In this document: piece after piece, positions 53,661 through 64,000 of the stretch | How positions within the stretch are numbered: position 1 is the stretch's first letter | Layout: every line of letters starts with the position of its first letter | Assembly: GCF_964355755.1 (NCBI RefSeq) | Contig: NW_027306095.1 | Location: 310,001 to 374,000 of the forward strand | Length of the DNA stretch: 64,000 nucleotides | Direction of reading: 5' to 3' | From: Antedon mediterranea | Taxonomy: Eukaryota > Animalia > Echinodermata | Notes under the pieces: generated by a model | Told to the model about the DNA's origin: nothing | The model's database searches: none | The model's input: the letters and a program-made list of their open reading frames with translations, nothing else | Translations under genes and position numbers: made by a program

Positions 53661-54141
53661 TGATATTTTTGAGTGAAAAGTTTTTTCGAAATGCACAAAA
53701 TGGTCTAAAACGTCTCCAAATGCGATTTAAAGCTATTTTGTGCACTTTGATGTTTTTTTCTGAAAAGTTTCATCGAAATGCACAAAATGGTCTAAAACGT
53801 CTCTAAATGCGATTTGAAGCTATTTTGTGCACTTTGATGTTTTTGTGTGAAAAGTTTCATCGAAATGCACAAAATGGTCTAAAACGTCTCTAAATGCGAT
53901 TTGAAGCTATTTTGTGCACTTTGATGTTTTTTTGTGAAAAGTTTCATCGAAATGCACAAAATGGTCTAAAACGTCTCTAAATGCGATTTGAAGCTATTTT
54001 GTGCACTTTGTCGTTTTTGTGTGAAAAGTTTCATCGAAATGCTCAAAATGGTCTAAAACGTCTCCAAATGCGATTTGAAGCAATTTTGTGCACTTTGATG
54101 TTTTTGTGTGAAAAGTTTCATCGAAATGCACAAAATGGTCT

Positions 54142-57100
54142 AAAACGTCTGCAAATGCGATTTGAAGCTATTTTGTGCACTTTGATGTTTTTTTGTGAAA
54201 AGTTTCATCGAAATGCACAAAATTGTCTAAAACGTCTCTAAATGCGATTTGAAGCTATTTTGTGCACTTTGATTGTTTTTTGTGAAAAGTTTCATCGAAA
54301 TGTACAAAATTGTCTAAAACGTCTCTAAATGCGATTTGAAGCTATTTTGTGCACTTTGTCGTTTTTGTGTGAAAAGTTTCATCGAAATGCTCAAAATGGT
54401 CTAAAACGTCTCCAAATGCGATTTGAAGCAATTTTGTGCACTTTGATGTTTTTGTGTGAAAAGTTTCATCGAAATGCACAAAATGGTCTAAAACGTCTGC
54501 AAATGCGATTTGAAGCTATTTTGTGAACTTTGTCGTTTTTGTGTGAAAAGTTTTTTCGAAATGCACAAAATGGTCTAAAACGTCTCCAAATGCGATTTGA
54601 AGCAATTTTGTGCACTTTGATGTTTTGTGTAATCCAGTTTCATCGAAATGTACAAAATTGTCTAAAACGTCTCTAAATGCGATTTGAAGCTATTTTGTGC
54701 ACTTTGTCGTTTTTTTGTGAAAAGTTTTTTCGAAATGCACAAAATGGTCTAAAACGTCTCCAAATGCGATTTGAAGCAATTTTGTGCACTTTGATGTTTT
54801 GTGTAATCCAGTTTCATCGAAATGTACAAAATTGTCTAAAACGTCTCTAAATGCGATTTGAAGCTATTTTGTGCACTTTGTCGTTTTTGTGTGAAAAGTT
54901 TTTTCGAAATGCACAAAATGGTCTAAAACGTCTCCAATTGCGATTTGAAGTTATTTTGTGCACTTTGATGTTTTGTGTGAAAAGTTTTATCGAAATGCTC
55001 AAAATGGTCTAAAACGGTTTCAAATGTGATTTTAAGCACTTTGATGTTTTTGTATAATCAAGTTAAATCGAAATAGACAAAATGGTCTAAAACGTCTGCA
55101 AATGCGATTTAAAGCTATTTTGTGCACTTTAATGTTTTGTGTGAAAAGTTTTATCGAAATTCTCAAAATGGTCTAAAACGGTTTCAAATGTGATTTTAAG
55201 CACTTTGATGTTTTTGTGTAATCAAGTTTCATCGAAAAGCACAAAATGGTTTAAAACGTCTGCAAACGCGATTTGAAGCTATTTTGTGCACTTTGATGTT
55301 TTTGTGTGAAAAGTTTCATCGAAATGCACAAAATTGTCTAAAACGTTTCCAAATACGATATTAAGCTATTGTATGCACTTTGATGTTTTTGAGTGAAAAG
55401 TTTTTTCGAAATGCACAAAATGGTCTAAAACGTCTCCAAATGCGATTTGAAGCTATTTTGTGCACTTTGATGTTTTTTTCTGAAAAGTTTCATCGAAATG
55501 CACAAAATGGTCTAAAACGTCTCTAAATGCGATTTGAAGCTATTTTGTGCACTTTGATGTTTTTGTGTGAAAAGTTTCATCGAAATGCACAAAATGGTCT
55601 AAAACGTCTCTAAATGCTATTTGAAGTTATTTTGTGCACTTTGATGTTTTGTGTGAAAAGTTTTATCGAAATGCTCAAAATGGTCTAAAACGGTTTCAAA
55701 TGTGATTTTAAGCACTTTGATATTTTTGTGTAATCAAGTTTCATCGAAATGCACAAAATGGTCTAAAACGTCTCCAAATGCGATTTGAAGCTATTTTGTG
55801 CACTTTAATGTTTTGTGCGAAAAGTTTTATCGAAATTCTCAAAATGGTCTAAAACGGTTTCAAATGTGATTTTAAGCACTTTGATGTTTTTGTGTAATCA
55901 AGTTTCATCGAAATGCACAAAATGGTTTAAAACGTCTGCAAATGCGATTTGAAGCTATTTTGTGCACTTTGATGTTTTTGTGTGAAAAGTTTCATCGAAA
56001 TGCACAAAATTGTCTAAAACGTTTCCAAATACGATATTAAGCTATTGTATGCACTTTGATGTTTTTGAGTGAAAAGTTTTTTCGAAATGCACAAAATGGT
56101 CTAAAACGTCTCCAAATGCGATTTGGAGCTCTTTTGTGCACTTTGATGTTTTGTGTAAAAAGTTTGCTATTTTGTGCACTTTAATGTTTTGTGTTAAAAG
56201 TTTTATCGAAATGCTCAAAATTGTCTAAAACGGTTTCAAATGTGATTTTAAGCACTTTGATATTTTTGTGTAATCAAGTTTTTTCGAAATGCACAACATG
56301 GTCTAAAACGTCTCCAAATGCGATTTGAAGCTATTTTGTGCACTTTGATGTTTTTGTGTGAAAAGTTTCATCGAAATGCACAAAATGGTCTAAAACGTCT
56401 CTAAATGCGATTTAAAGCTATTTTGTGCACTTTGTCGTTTTTGTGTGAAAAGTTTCATCGAAATGCTCAAAATGGTCTAAAACGTCTCCAAATGCGATTT
56501 GAAGCAATTTTGTGCACTTTGATGTTTTTGTGTGAAAAGTTTCATCGAAATGCACAAAATGGTCTAAAACGTCTGCAAATGCGATTTGAAGCTATTTTGT
56601 GCACTTTGATGTTTTTTTGTGAAAAGTTTCATCGAAAGGCACAAAATTGTCTAAAACGTCTCTAAATGCGATTTGAAGCTATTTTGTGCACTTTGTCGTT
56701 TTTGTGTGAAAAGTTTCATCGAAATTCCCAAAATGGTCTAAAACATCTCCAAATGCGATTTGAAGCAATTTTGTGCACTTTGATGTTTTTGTGTGAAAAG
56801 TTTCATCGAAATGCACAAAATGGTCTAAAACGTCTGCAAATGCGATTTGAAGCTATTTTGTGCACTTTGTCGTTTTTGTGTGAAAAGTTTTTTCGAAATG
56901 CACAAAATGGTCTAAAACGTCTCCAAATGCGATTTGAAGCAATTTTGTGCACTTTGATGTTTTGTGTAATCCAGTTTCATCGAAATGTACAAAATTGTCT
57001 AAAACGTCTCTAAATGCGATTTGAAGCTATTTTGTGCACTTTGTCGTTTTTGTGTGAAAAGTTTTTTCGAAATGCACAAAATGGTCTAAAACGTCTCCAA

Positions 57101-60100
57101 ATGCGATTTGAAGCAATTTTGTGCACTTTGATGTTTTGTGTAATCCAGTTTCATCGAAATGTACAAAATTGTCTAAAACGTCTCTAAATGCGATTTGAAG
57201 CTATTTTGTGCACTTTGTCGTTTTTGTGTGAAAAGTTTTTTCGAAATGCACAAAATGGTCTAAAACGTCTCCAATTGCGATTTGAAGTTATTTTGTGCAC
57301 TTTGATGTTTTGTGTGAAAAGTTTTATCGAAATGCTCAAAATGGTCTAAAACGGTTTCAAATGTGATTTTAAGCACTTTGATATTTTTGTGTAATCAAGT
57401 TTCATCGAAATGCACAAAATGGTTTAAAACGTCTGCAAATGCGATTTGAAGCTATTTTGTGCACTTTGATGTTTTTTTGTGAAAAGTTTCATCGAAATGC
57501 ACAAAATTGTCTAAAACGTCTCTAAATGCGATTTGAAGCTATTTTGTGCACTTTGATTGTTTTTTGTGAAAAGTTTCATCGAAATGTACAAAATTGTCTA
57601 AAACGTCTCTAAATGCGATTTGAAGCTATTTTGTGCACTTTGTCGTTTTTGTGTGAAAAGTTTCATCGAAATGCTCAAAATGGTCTAAAACGTCTCCAAA
57701 TGCGATTTGAAGCAATTTTGTGCACTTTGATGTTTTTGTGTGAAAAGTTTCATCGAAATGCACAAAATGGTCTAAAACGTCTGCAAATGCGATTTGAAGC
57801 TATTTTGTGAACTTTGTCGTTTTTGTGTGAAAAGTTTTTTCGAAATGCACAAAATGGTCTAAAACGTCTCCAAATGCGATTTGAAGCAATTTTGTGCACT
57901 TTGATGTTTTGTGTAATCCAGTTTCATCGAAATGTACAAAATTGTCTAAAACGTCTCTAAATGCGATTTGAAGCTATTTTGTGCACTTTGTCGTTTTTTT
58001 GTGAAAAGTTTTTTCGAAATGCACAAAATGGTCTAAAACGTCTCCAAATGCGATTTGAAGCAATTTTGTGCACTTTGATGTTTTGTGTAATCCAGTTTCA
58101 TCGAAATGTACAAAATTGTCTAAAACGTCTCTAAATGCGATTTGAAGCTATTTTGTGCACTTTGTCGTTTTTGTGTGAAAAGTTTTTTCGAAATGCACAA
58201 AATGGTCTAAAACGTCTCCAATTGCGATTTGAAGTTATTTTGTGCACTTTGATGTTTTGTGTGAAAAGTTTTATCGAAATGCTCAAAATGGTCTAAAACG
58301 GTTTCAAATGTGATTTTAAGCACTTTGATGTTTTTGTATAATCAAGTTAAATCGAAATAGACAAAATGGTCTAAAACGTCTGCAAATGCGATTTAAAGCT
58401 ATTTTGTGCACTTTAATGTTTTGTGTGAAAAGTTTTATCGAAATTCTCAAAATGGTCTAAAACGGTTTCAAATGTGATTTTAAGCACTTTGATGTTTTTG
58501 TGTAATCAAGTTTCATCGAAAAGCACAAAATGGTTTAAAACGTCTGCAAACGCGATTTGAAGCTATTTTGTGCACTTTGATGTTTTTGTGTGAAAAGTTT
58601 CATCGAAATGCACAAAATTGTCTAAAACGTTTCCAAATACGATATTAAGCTATTGTATGCACTTTGATGTTTTTGAGTGAAAAGTTTTTTCGAAATGCAC
58701 AAAATGGTCTAAAACGTCTCCAAATGCGATTTGAAGCTATTTTGTGCACTTTGATGTTTTTTTCTGAAAAGTTTCATCGAAATGCACAAAATGGTCTAAA
58801 ACGTCTCTAAATGCGATTTGAAGCTATTTTGTGCACTTTGATGTTTTTGTGTGAAAAGTTTCATCGAAATGCACAAAATGGTCTAAAACGTCTCTAAATG
58901 CGATTTGAAGTTATTTTGTGCACTTTGATGTTTTGTGTGAAAAGTTTTATCGAAATGCTCAAAATGGTCTAAAACGGTTTCAAATGTGATTTTAAGCACT
59001 TTGATATTTTTGTGTAATCAAGTTTCATCGAAATGCACAAAATGGTCTAAAACGTCTCCAAATGCGATTTGAAGCTATTTTGTGCACTTTAATGTTTTGT
59101 GCGAAAAGTTTTATCGAAATTCTCAAAATGGTCTAAAACGGTTTCAAATGTGATTTTAAGCACTTTGATGTTTTTGTGTAATCAAGTTTCATCGAAATGC
59201 ACAAAATGGTTTAAAACGTCTGCAAATGCGATTTGAAGCTATTTTGTGCACTTTGATGTTTTTGTGTGAAAAGTTTCATCGAAATGCACAAAATTGTCTA
59301 AAACGTTTCCAAATACGATATTAAGCTATTGTATGCACTTTGATGTTTTTGAGTGAAAAGTTTTTTCGAAATGCACAAAATGGTCTAAAACGTCTCCAAA
59401 TGCGATTTGGAGCTCTTTTGTGCACTTTGATGTTTTGTGTAAAAAGTTTGCTATTTTGTGCACTTTAATGTTTTGTGTTAAAAGTTTTATCGAAATGCTC
59501 AAAATTGTCTAAAACGGTTTCAAATGTGATTTTAAGCACTTTGATATTTTTGTGTAATCAAGTTTTTTCGAAATGCACAACATGGTCTAAAACGTCTCCA
59601 AATGCGATTTGAAGCTATTTTGTGCACTTTGATGTTTTTGTGTGAAAAGTTTCATCGAAATGCACAAAATGGTCTAAAACGTCTCTAAATGCGATTTAAA
59701 GCTATTTTGTGCACTTTGTCGTTTTTGTGTGAAAAGTTTCATCGAAATGCTCAAAATGGTCTAAAACGTCTCCAAATGCGATTTGAAGCAATTTTGTGCA
59801 CTTTGATGTTTTTGTGTGAAAAGTTTCATCGAAATGCACAAAATGGTCTAAAACGTCTGCAAATGCGATTTGAAGCTATTTTGTGCACTTTGATGTTTTT
59901 TTGTGAAAAGTTTCATCGAAAGGCACAAAATTGTCTAAAACGTCTCTAAATGCGATTTGAAGCTATTTTGTGCACTTTGTCGTTTTTGTGTGAAAAGTTT
60001 CATCGAAATTCCCAAAATGGTCTAAAACATCTCCAAATGCGATTTGAAGCAATTTTGTGCACTTTGATGTTTTTGTGTGAAAAGTTTCATCGAAATGCAC

Positions 60101-60760
60101 AAAATGGTCTAAAACGTCTGCAAATGCGATTTGAAGCTATTTTGTGCACTTTGTCGTTTTTGTGTGAAAAGTTTTTTCGAAATGCACAAAATGGTCTAAA
60201 ACGTCTCCAAATGCGATTTGAAGCAATTTTGTGCACTTTGATGTTTTGTGTAATCCAGTTTCATCGAAATGTACAAAATTGTCTAAAACGTCTCTAAATG
60301 CGATTTGAAGCTATTTTGTGCACTTTGTCGTTTTTGTGTGAAAAGTTTTTTCGAAATGCACAAAATGGTCTAAAACGTCTCCAAATGCGATTTGAAGCAA
60401 TTTTGTGCACTTTGATGTTTTGTGTAATCCAGTTTCATCGAAATGTACAAAATTGTCTAAAACGTCTCTAAATGCGATTTGAAGCTATTTTGTGCACTTT
60501 GTCGTTTTTGTGTGAAAAGTTTTTTCGAAATGCACAAAATGGTCTAAAACGTCTCCAATTGCGATTTGAAGTTATTTTGTGCACTTTGATGTTTTGTGTG
60601 AAAAGTTTTATCGAAATGCTCAAAATGGTCTAAAACGGTTTCAAATGTGATTTTAAGCACTTTGATATTTTTGTGTAATCAAGTTTCATCGAAATGCACA
60701 AAATGGTTTAAAACGTCTGCAAATGCGATTTGAAGCTATTTTGTGCACTTTGATGTTTTT
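54142..60760 (+). repeat. Tandem duplication, 3284-bp unit x2
   Basis: ORFs 54329/57613, 56405/59689 and 56666/59950. Markers TTTGATTG, TGTGAACTT, CAAACGCG and GTGCGAAA are duplicated. Confidence 0.9.
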
Positions 60761-62049
60761 GTGTGAAAAGTTTCATCGAAATGCACAAAATTGTCTAAAA
60801 CGTCTCCAAATACGATATTAAGCTATTTTGTGCACTTTGATGTTTTTGTGTGAAAAGTTTCATCGAAATGCACAAAATGGTCTAAAACGTCTGCAAATGC
60901 GATTTGAAGCTATTTTGTGCACTTTGTCGTTTTTGTGTGAAAAGTTTCATCGAAATGCTCAAAATGGTCTAAAACGTCTCCAAATGCGATTTGAAGCAAT
61001 TTTGTGCACTTTGATGTTTTTGTGTGAAAAGTTTCATCGAAATGCACAAAATGGTCTCTAAAACGTCTGCAAATGCGATTTGAAGCTATTTTGTGCACTT
61101 TGTCGTTTTTGTGTGAAAAGTTTTTTCGAAATGTACAAAATGGTCTAAAACGTCTCCAAATGCGATTTGAAGCAATTTTGTGCACTTTGATGTTTTGTGT
61201 AATCCAGTTTCATCGAAATGTACAAAATTGTCTAAAACGTCTCTAAATGCGATTTGAAGCTATTTTGTGCACTTTGTCGTTTTTGTGTGAAAAGTTTTTT
61301 CGAAATGCACAAAATGGTCTAAAACGTCTCCAATTGCGATTTGAAGTTATTTTGTGCACTTTGATGTTTTGTGTGAAAAGTTTTATCGAAATGCTCAAAA
61401 TGGTCTAAAACGGTTTCAAATGTGATTTTAAGCACTTTGATATTTTTGTATAATCAAGTTAAATCGAAATGCACAAAATGGTCTAAAACGTCTGCAAATG
61501 CGATTTAAAGCTATTTTGTGCACTTTAATGTTTTGTGTGAAAAGTTTTATCGAAATTCTCAAAATGGTCTAAAATGGTTTCAAATGTGATTTTAAGCACT
61601 TTGATGTTTTTGTGTAATCAAGTTTCATCGAAATGCACTAAATGGTTTAAAACGTCTGCAAATGCGATTTGAAGCTATTTTGTGCACTTTGATGTTTTTG
61701 TGTGAAAAGTTTCATCGAAATGCACAAAATTGTCTAAAACGTCTCCAAATACGATATTAAGCTATTGTATGCACTTTGATGTTTTTGAGTGAAAAGTTTT
61801 TTCGAAATGCACAAAATGGTCTAAAACGTCTCCAAATGCGATTTGGAGCTCTTTGGTGCACTTTGATGTTTTGTGTAAAAAGTTTGCTATTTTGTGCACT
61901 TTAATGTTTTGTGTGAAAAGTTTTATCGAAATACTCAAAATTGTCTAAAACGGTTTCAAATGTGATTTTAAGCACTTTGATATTTTTGTGTAATCAAGTT
62001 TTTTCGAAATGCACAACATGGTCTAAAACGTCTCCAAATGCGATTTGAA

Positions 62050-64000
62050 GCTATTTTGTGCACTTTGATGTTTTTGTGTGAAAAGTTTATTCGAAATGCA
62101 CAAAATGGTCTAAAACGTCTCCAAATGCGATTTGAAGTTATTTTGTGCACTTTGATGTTTTGTGTGAAAAGTTTTATCGAAATGCTCAAAATGGTCTAAA
62201 ACGGTTTCAAATGTGATTTTAAGCACTTTGATATTTTTGTGTAATCAAGTTTCATCGAAATGCTCAAAATGGTCTAAAACGTCTCCAAATGCGATTTGAA
62301 GCTATTTTGTGCACTTTGATGTTTTTTTGTGAAAAGTTTCATCGAAATGCACAAAATGGTCTAAAACGTCTCTAAATGCGATTTGAAGCTATTTTGTGCA
62401 CTTTGATGTTTTTGTGTGAAAAGTTTCATCGAAATGCACAAAATGGTCTAAAACGTCTCTAAATGCGATTTGAAGCTATTTTGTGCACTTTGATGTTTTT
62501 TTGTGAAAAGTTTCATCGAAATGCACAAAATGGTCTAAAACGTCTCTAAATGCGATTTGAAGCTATTTTGTGCACTTTGATGTTTTTTTGTGAAAAGTTT
62601 CATCGAAATGCACAAAATTGTCTAAAACGTCTCTAAATGCGATTTGAAGCTATTTTGTGCACTTTGTCGTTTTTGTGTGAAAAGTTTCATCGAAATGCTC
62701 AAAATGGTCTAAAACGTCTCCAAATGCGATTTGAAGCAATTTTGTGCACTTTGATGTTTTTGTGTGAAAAGTTTCATCGAAATGCACAAAATGGTCTAAA
62801 ACGTCTGCAAATGCGATTTGAAGCTATTTTGTGCACTTTGTCGTTTTTGTGTGAAAAGTTTTTTCGAAATGCACAAAATGGTCTAAAACGTCTCCAATTG
62901 CGATTTGAAGTTATTTTGTGCACTTTGATGTTTTGTGTGAAAAGTTTTATCGAAATGCTCAAAATGGTCTAAAACGGTTTCAAATGTGATTTTAAGCACT
63001 TTGATATTTTTGTGTAATCAAGTTTCATCGAAATGCACAAAATGGTCTAAAACGTCTGCAAATGCGATTTAAAGCTATTTTGTGCACTTTAATATTTTGT
63101 GTGAAAAGTTTTATCGAAATTCTCAAAATGGTCTAAAACGGTTTCAAATGTGATTTTAAGCACTTTGATGTTTTTGTGTAATCAAGTTTCATCGAAATGC
63201 ACAAAATGGTTTAAAACGTCTGCAAATGCGATTTGAAGCTATTTTGTGCACTTTGATGTTTTTGTGTGAAAAGTTTCCTCGAAATGCACAAAATTGTCTA
63301 AAACGTCTCCAAATACGATATTAAGCTATTTTGTGCACTTTGATGTTTTTGTGTGAAAAGTTTATTCGAAATGCACAAAATGGTCTAAAACGTCTCCAAA
63401 TGCGATTTGAAGTTATTTTGTGCACTTTGATGTTTTGTGTGAAAAGTTTTATCGAAATGCTCAAAATGGTCTAAAACGGTTTCAAATGTGATTTTAAGCA
63501 CTTTGATATTTTTGTGTAATCAAGTTTCATCGAAATGCTCAAAATGGTCTAAAACGTCTCCAAATGCGATTTGAAGCTATTTTGTGCACTTTGATGTTTT
63601 TTTGTGAAAAGTTTCATCGAAATGCACAAAATGGTCTAAAACGTCTCTAAATGCGATTTGAAGCTATTTTGTGCACTTTGATGTTTTTGTGTGAAAAGTT
63701 TCATCGAAATGCACAAAATGGTCTAAAACGTCTCTAAATGCGATTTGAAGCTATTTTGTGCACTTTGATGTTTTTTTGTGAAAAGTTTCATCGAAATGCA
63801 CAAAATGGTCTAAAACGTCTCTAAATGCGATTTGAAGCTATTTTGTGCACTTTGATGTTTTTTTGTGAAAAGTTTCATCGAAATGCACAAAATTGTCTAA
63901 AACGTCTCTAAATGCGATTTGAAGCTATTTTGTGCACTTTGTCGTTTTTGTGTGAAAAGTTTCATCGAAATGCTCAAAATGGTCTAAAACGTCTCCAAAT
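62050..64000 (+). repeat. Tandem duplication at offset 1275 bp (second copy truncated by the window end)
   Basis: The AAGTTTATTCG marker is at 62086 and 63361, followed by the same monomer order. Confidence 0.75.

Larger units (their letters stand above)
49200..63360 (+). repeat. Dispersed duplication of an about 2.7-kb block (49200-51890 repeated at 60671-63361, offset 11471)
   Basis: ORFs 49357/60828, 50497/61968 and 51166/62637 are all offset by 11471. Confidence 0.82.
2194..64000 (+). repeat. 87-bp satellite array, plus-strand block (roughly 750 monomers including 86/78/38-bp variants, runs off the right edge)
   Basis: Uninterrupted head-to-tail copies of the consensus; a canonical example is 3656-3742. 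No non-satellite sequence was seen. Confidence 0.98.

Noticed and set aside
2741-62962. Antisense ORFs (MSISIKLFTQ…, MHKIASNR…)
   Set aside because: They are reverse-frame read-throughs of the same satellite and recur only with the higher-order repeats.
493-62972. Dozens of ORFs encoding the 29-aa repeat MRFEAILCTLMFLCEKFHRNAQNGLKRLQ, with a CAA/TAA polymorphism directly before the ATG that sets peptide length
   Set aside because: The monomer length is a multiple of 3, so one open frame yields repeating ORFs automatically. Frequent 86/78/38-bp frameshifting variants, mostly non-synonymous variation, and the lack of any recognisable domain or gene context argue against coding. Ribo-seq or proteomics would be needed to revive the idea.
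1-64000. CRISPR array or integron attC cassette array (regularly spaced palindromic repeats)
   Set aside because: There are no unique spacers or cassettes between the repeats, and no cas or integrase gene. The whole monomer is repeated.
1-64000. Assignment to a named satellite family, species or CENP-B box
   Set aside because: I do not recognise the monomer and see no canonical CENP-B box or telomeric motif. A BLAST or Dfam/Repbase search is required.

Overview
The whole 64-kb window is one AT-rich tandem satellite array, and I see no genes, RNA genes, transposons or unique sequence. The consensus monomer is 87 bp and about 34% GC (30/87): ATGCGATTTGAAGCTATTTTGTGCACTTTGATGTTTTTGTGTGAAAAGTTTCATCGAAATGCACAAAATGGTCTAAAACGTCT(C/G)(C/T)AA. 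Monomers lie on the minus strand from 1 to 2193 and on the plus strand from 2194 to 64000. The two blocks meet at an almost spacer-free inversion junction centred on C2194. Each monomer contains two dyads: a 20-bp imperfect inverted repeat (17/20) and a short CAAAT-GCG-ATTTG hairpin. Its A/T tracts are phased at about 10 bp. Recurrent length variants (86, 78 and 38 bp) and diagnostic SNPs show nested higher-order repeats with periods of 722, 851, 1275, 1735, 2346, 2419, 3284, 3534/5745, 7868 and 11471 bp. There is also a relic patch of diverged monomers at about 24.9-25.2 kb. All ORFs in the track are by-products of the 87-bp (29-codon) period. The architecture resembles eukaryotic centromeric or pericentromeric satellite, but neither species nor function can be established from the sequence alone. 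Duplication boundaries were placed by eye and are approximate.
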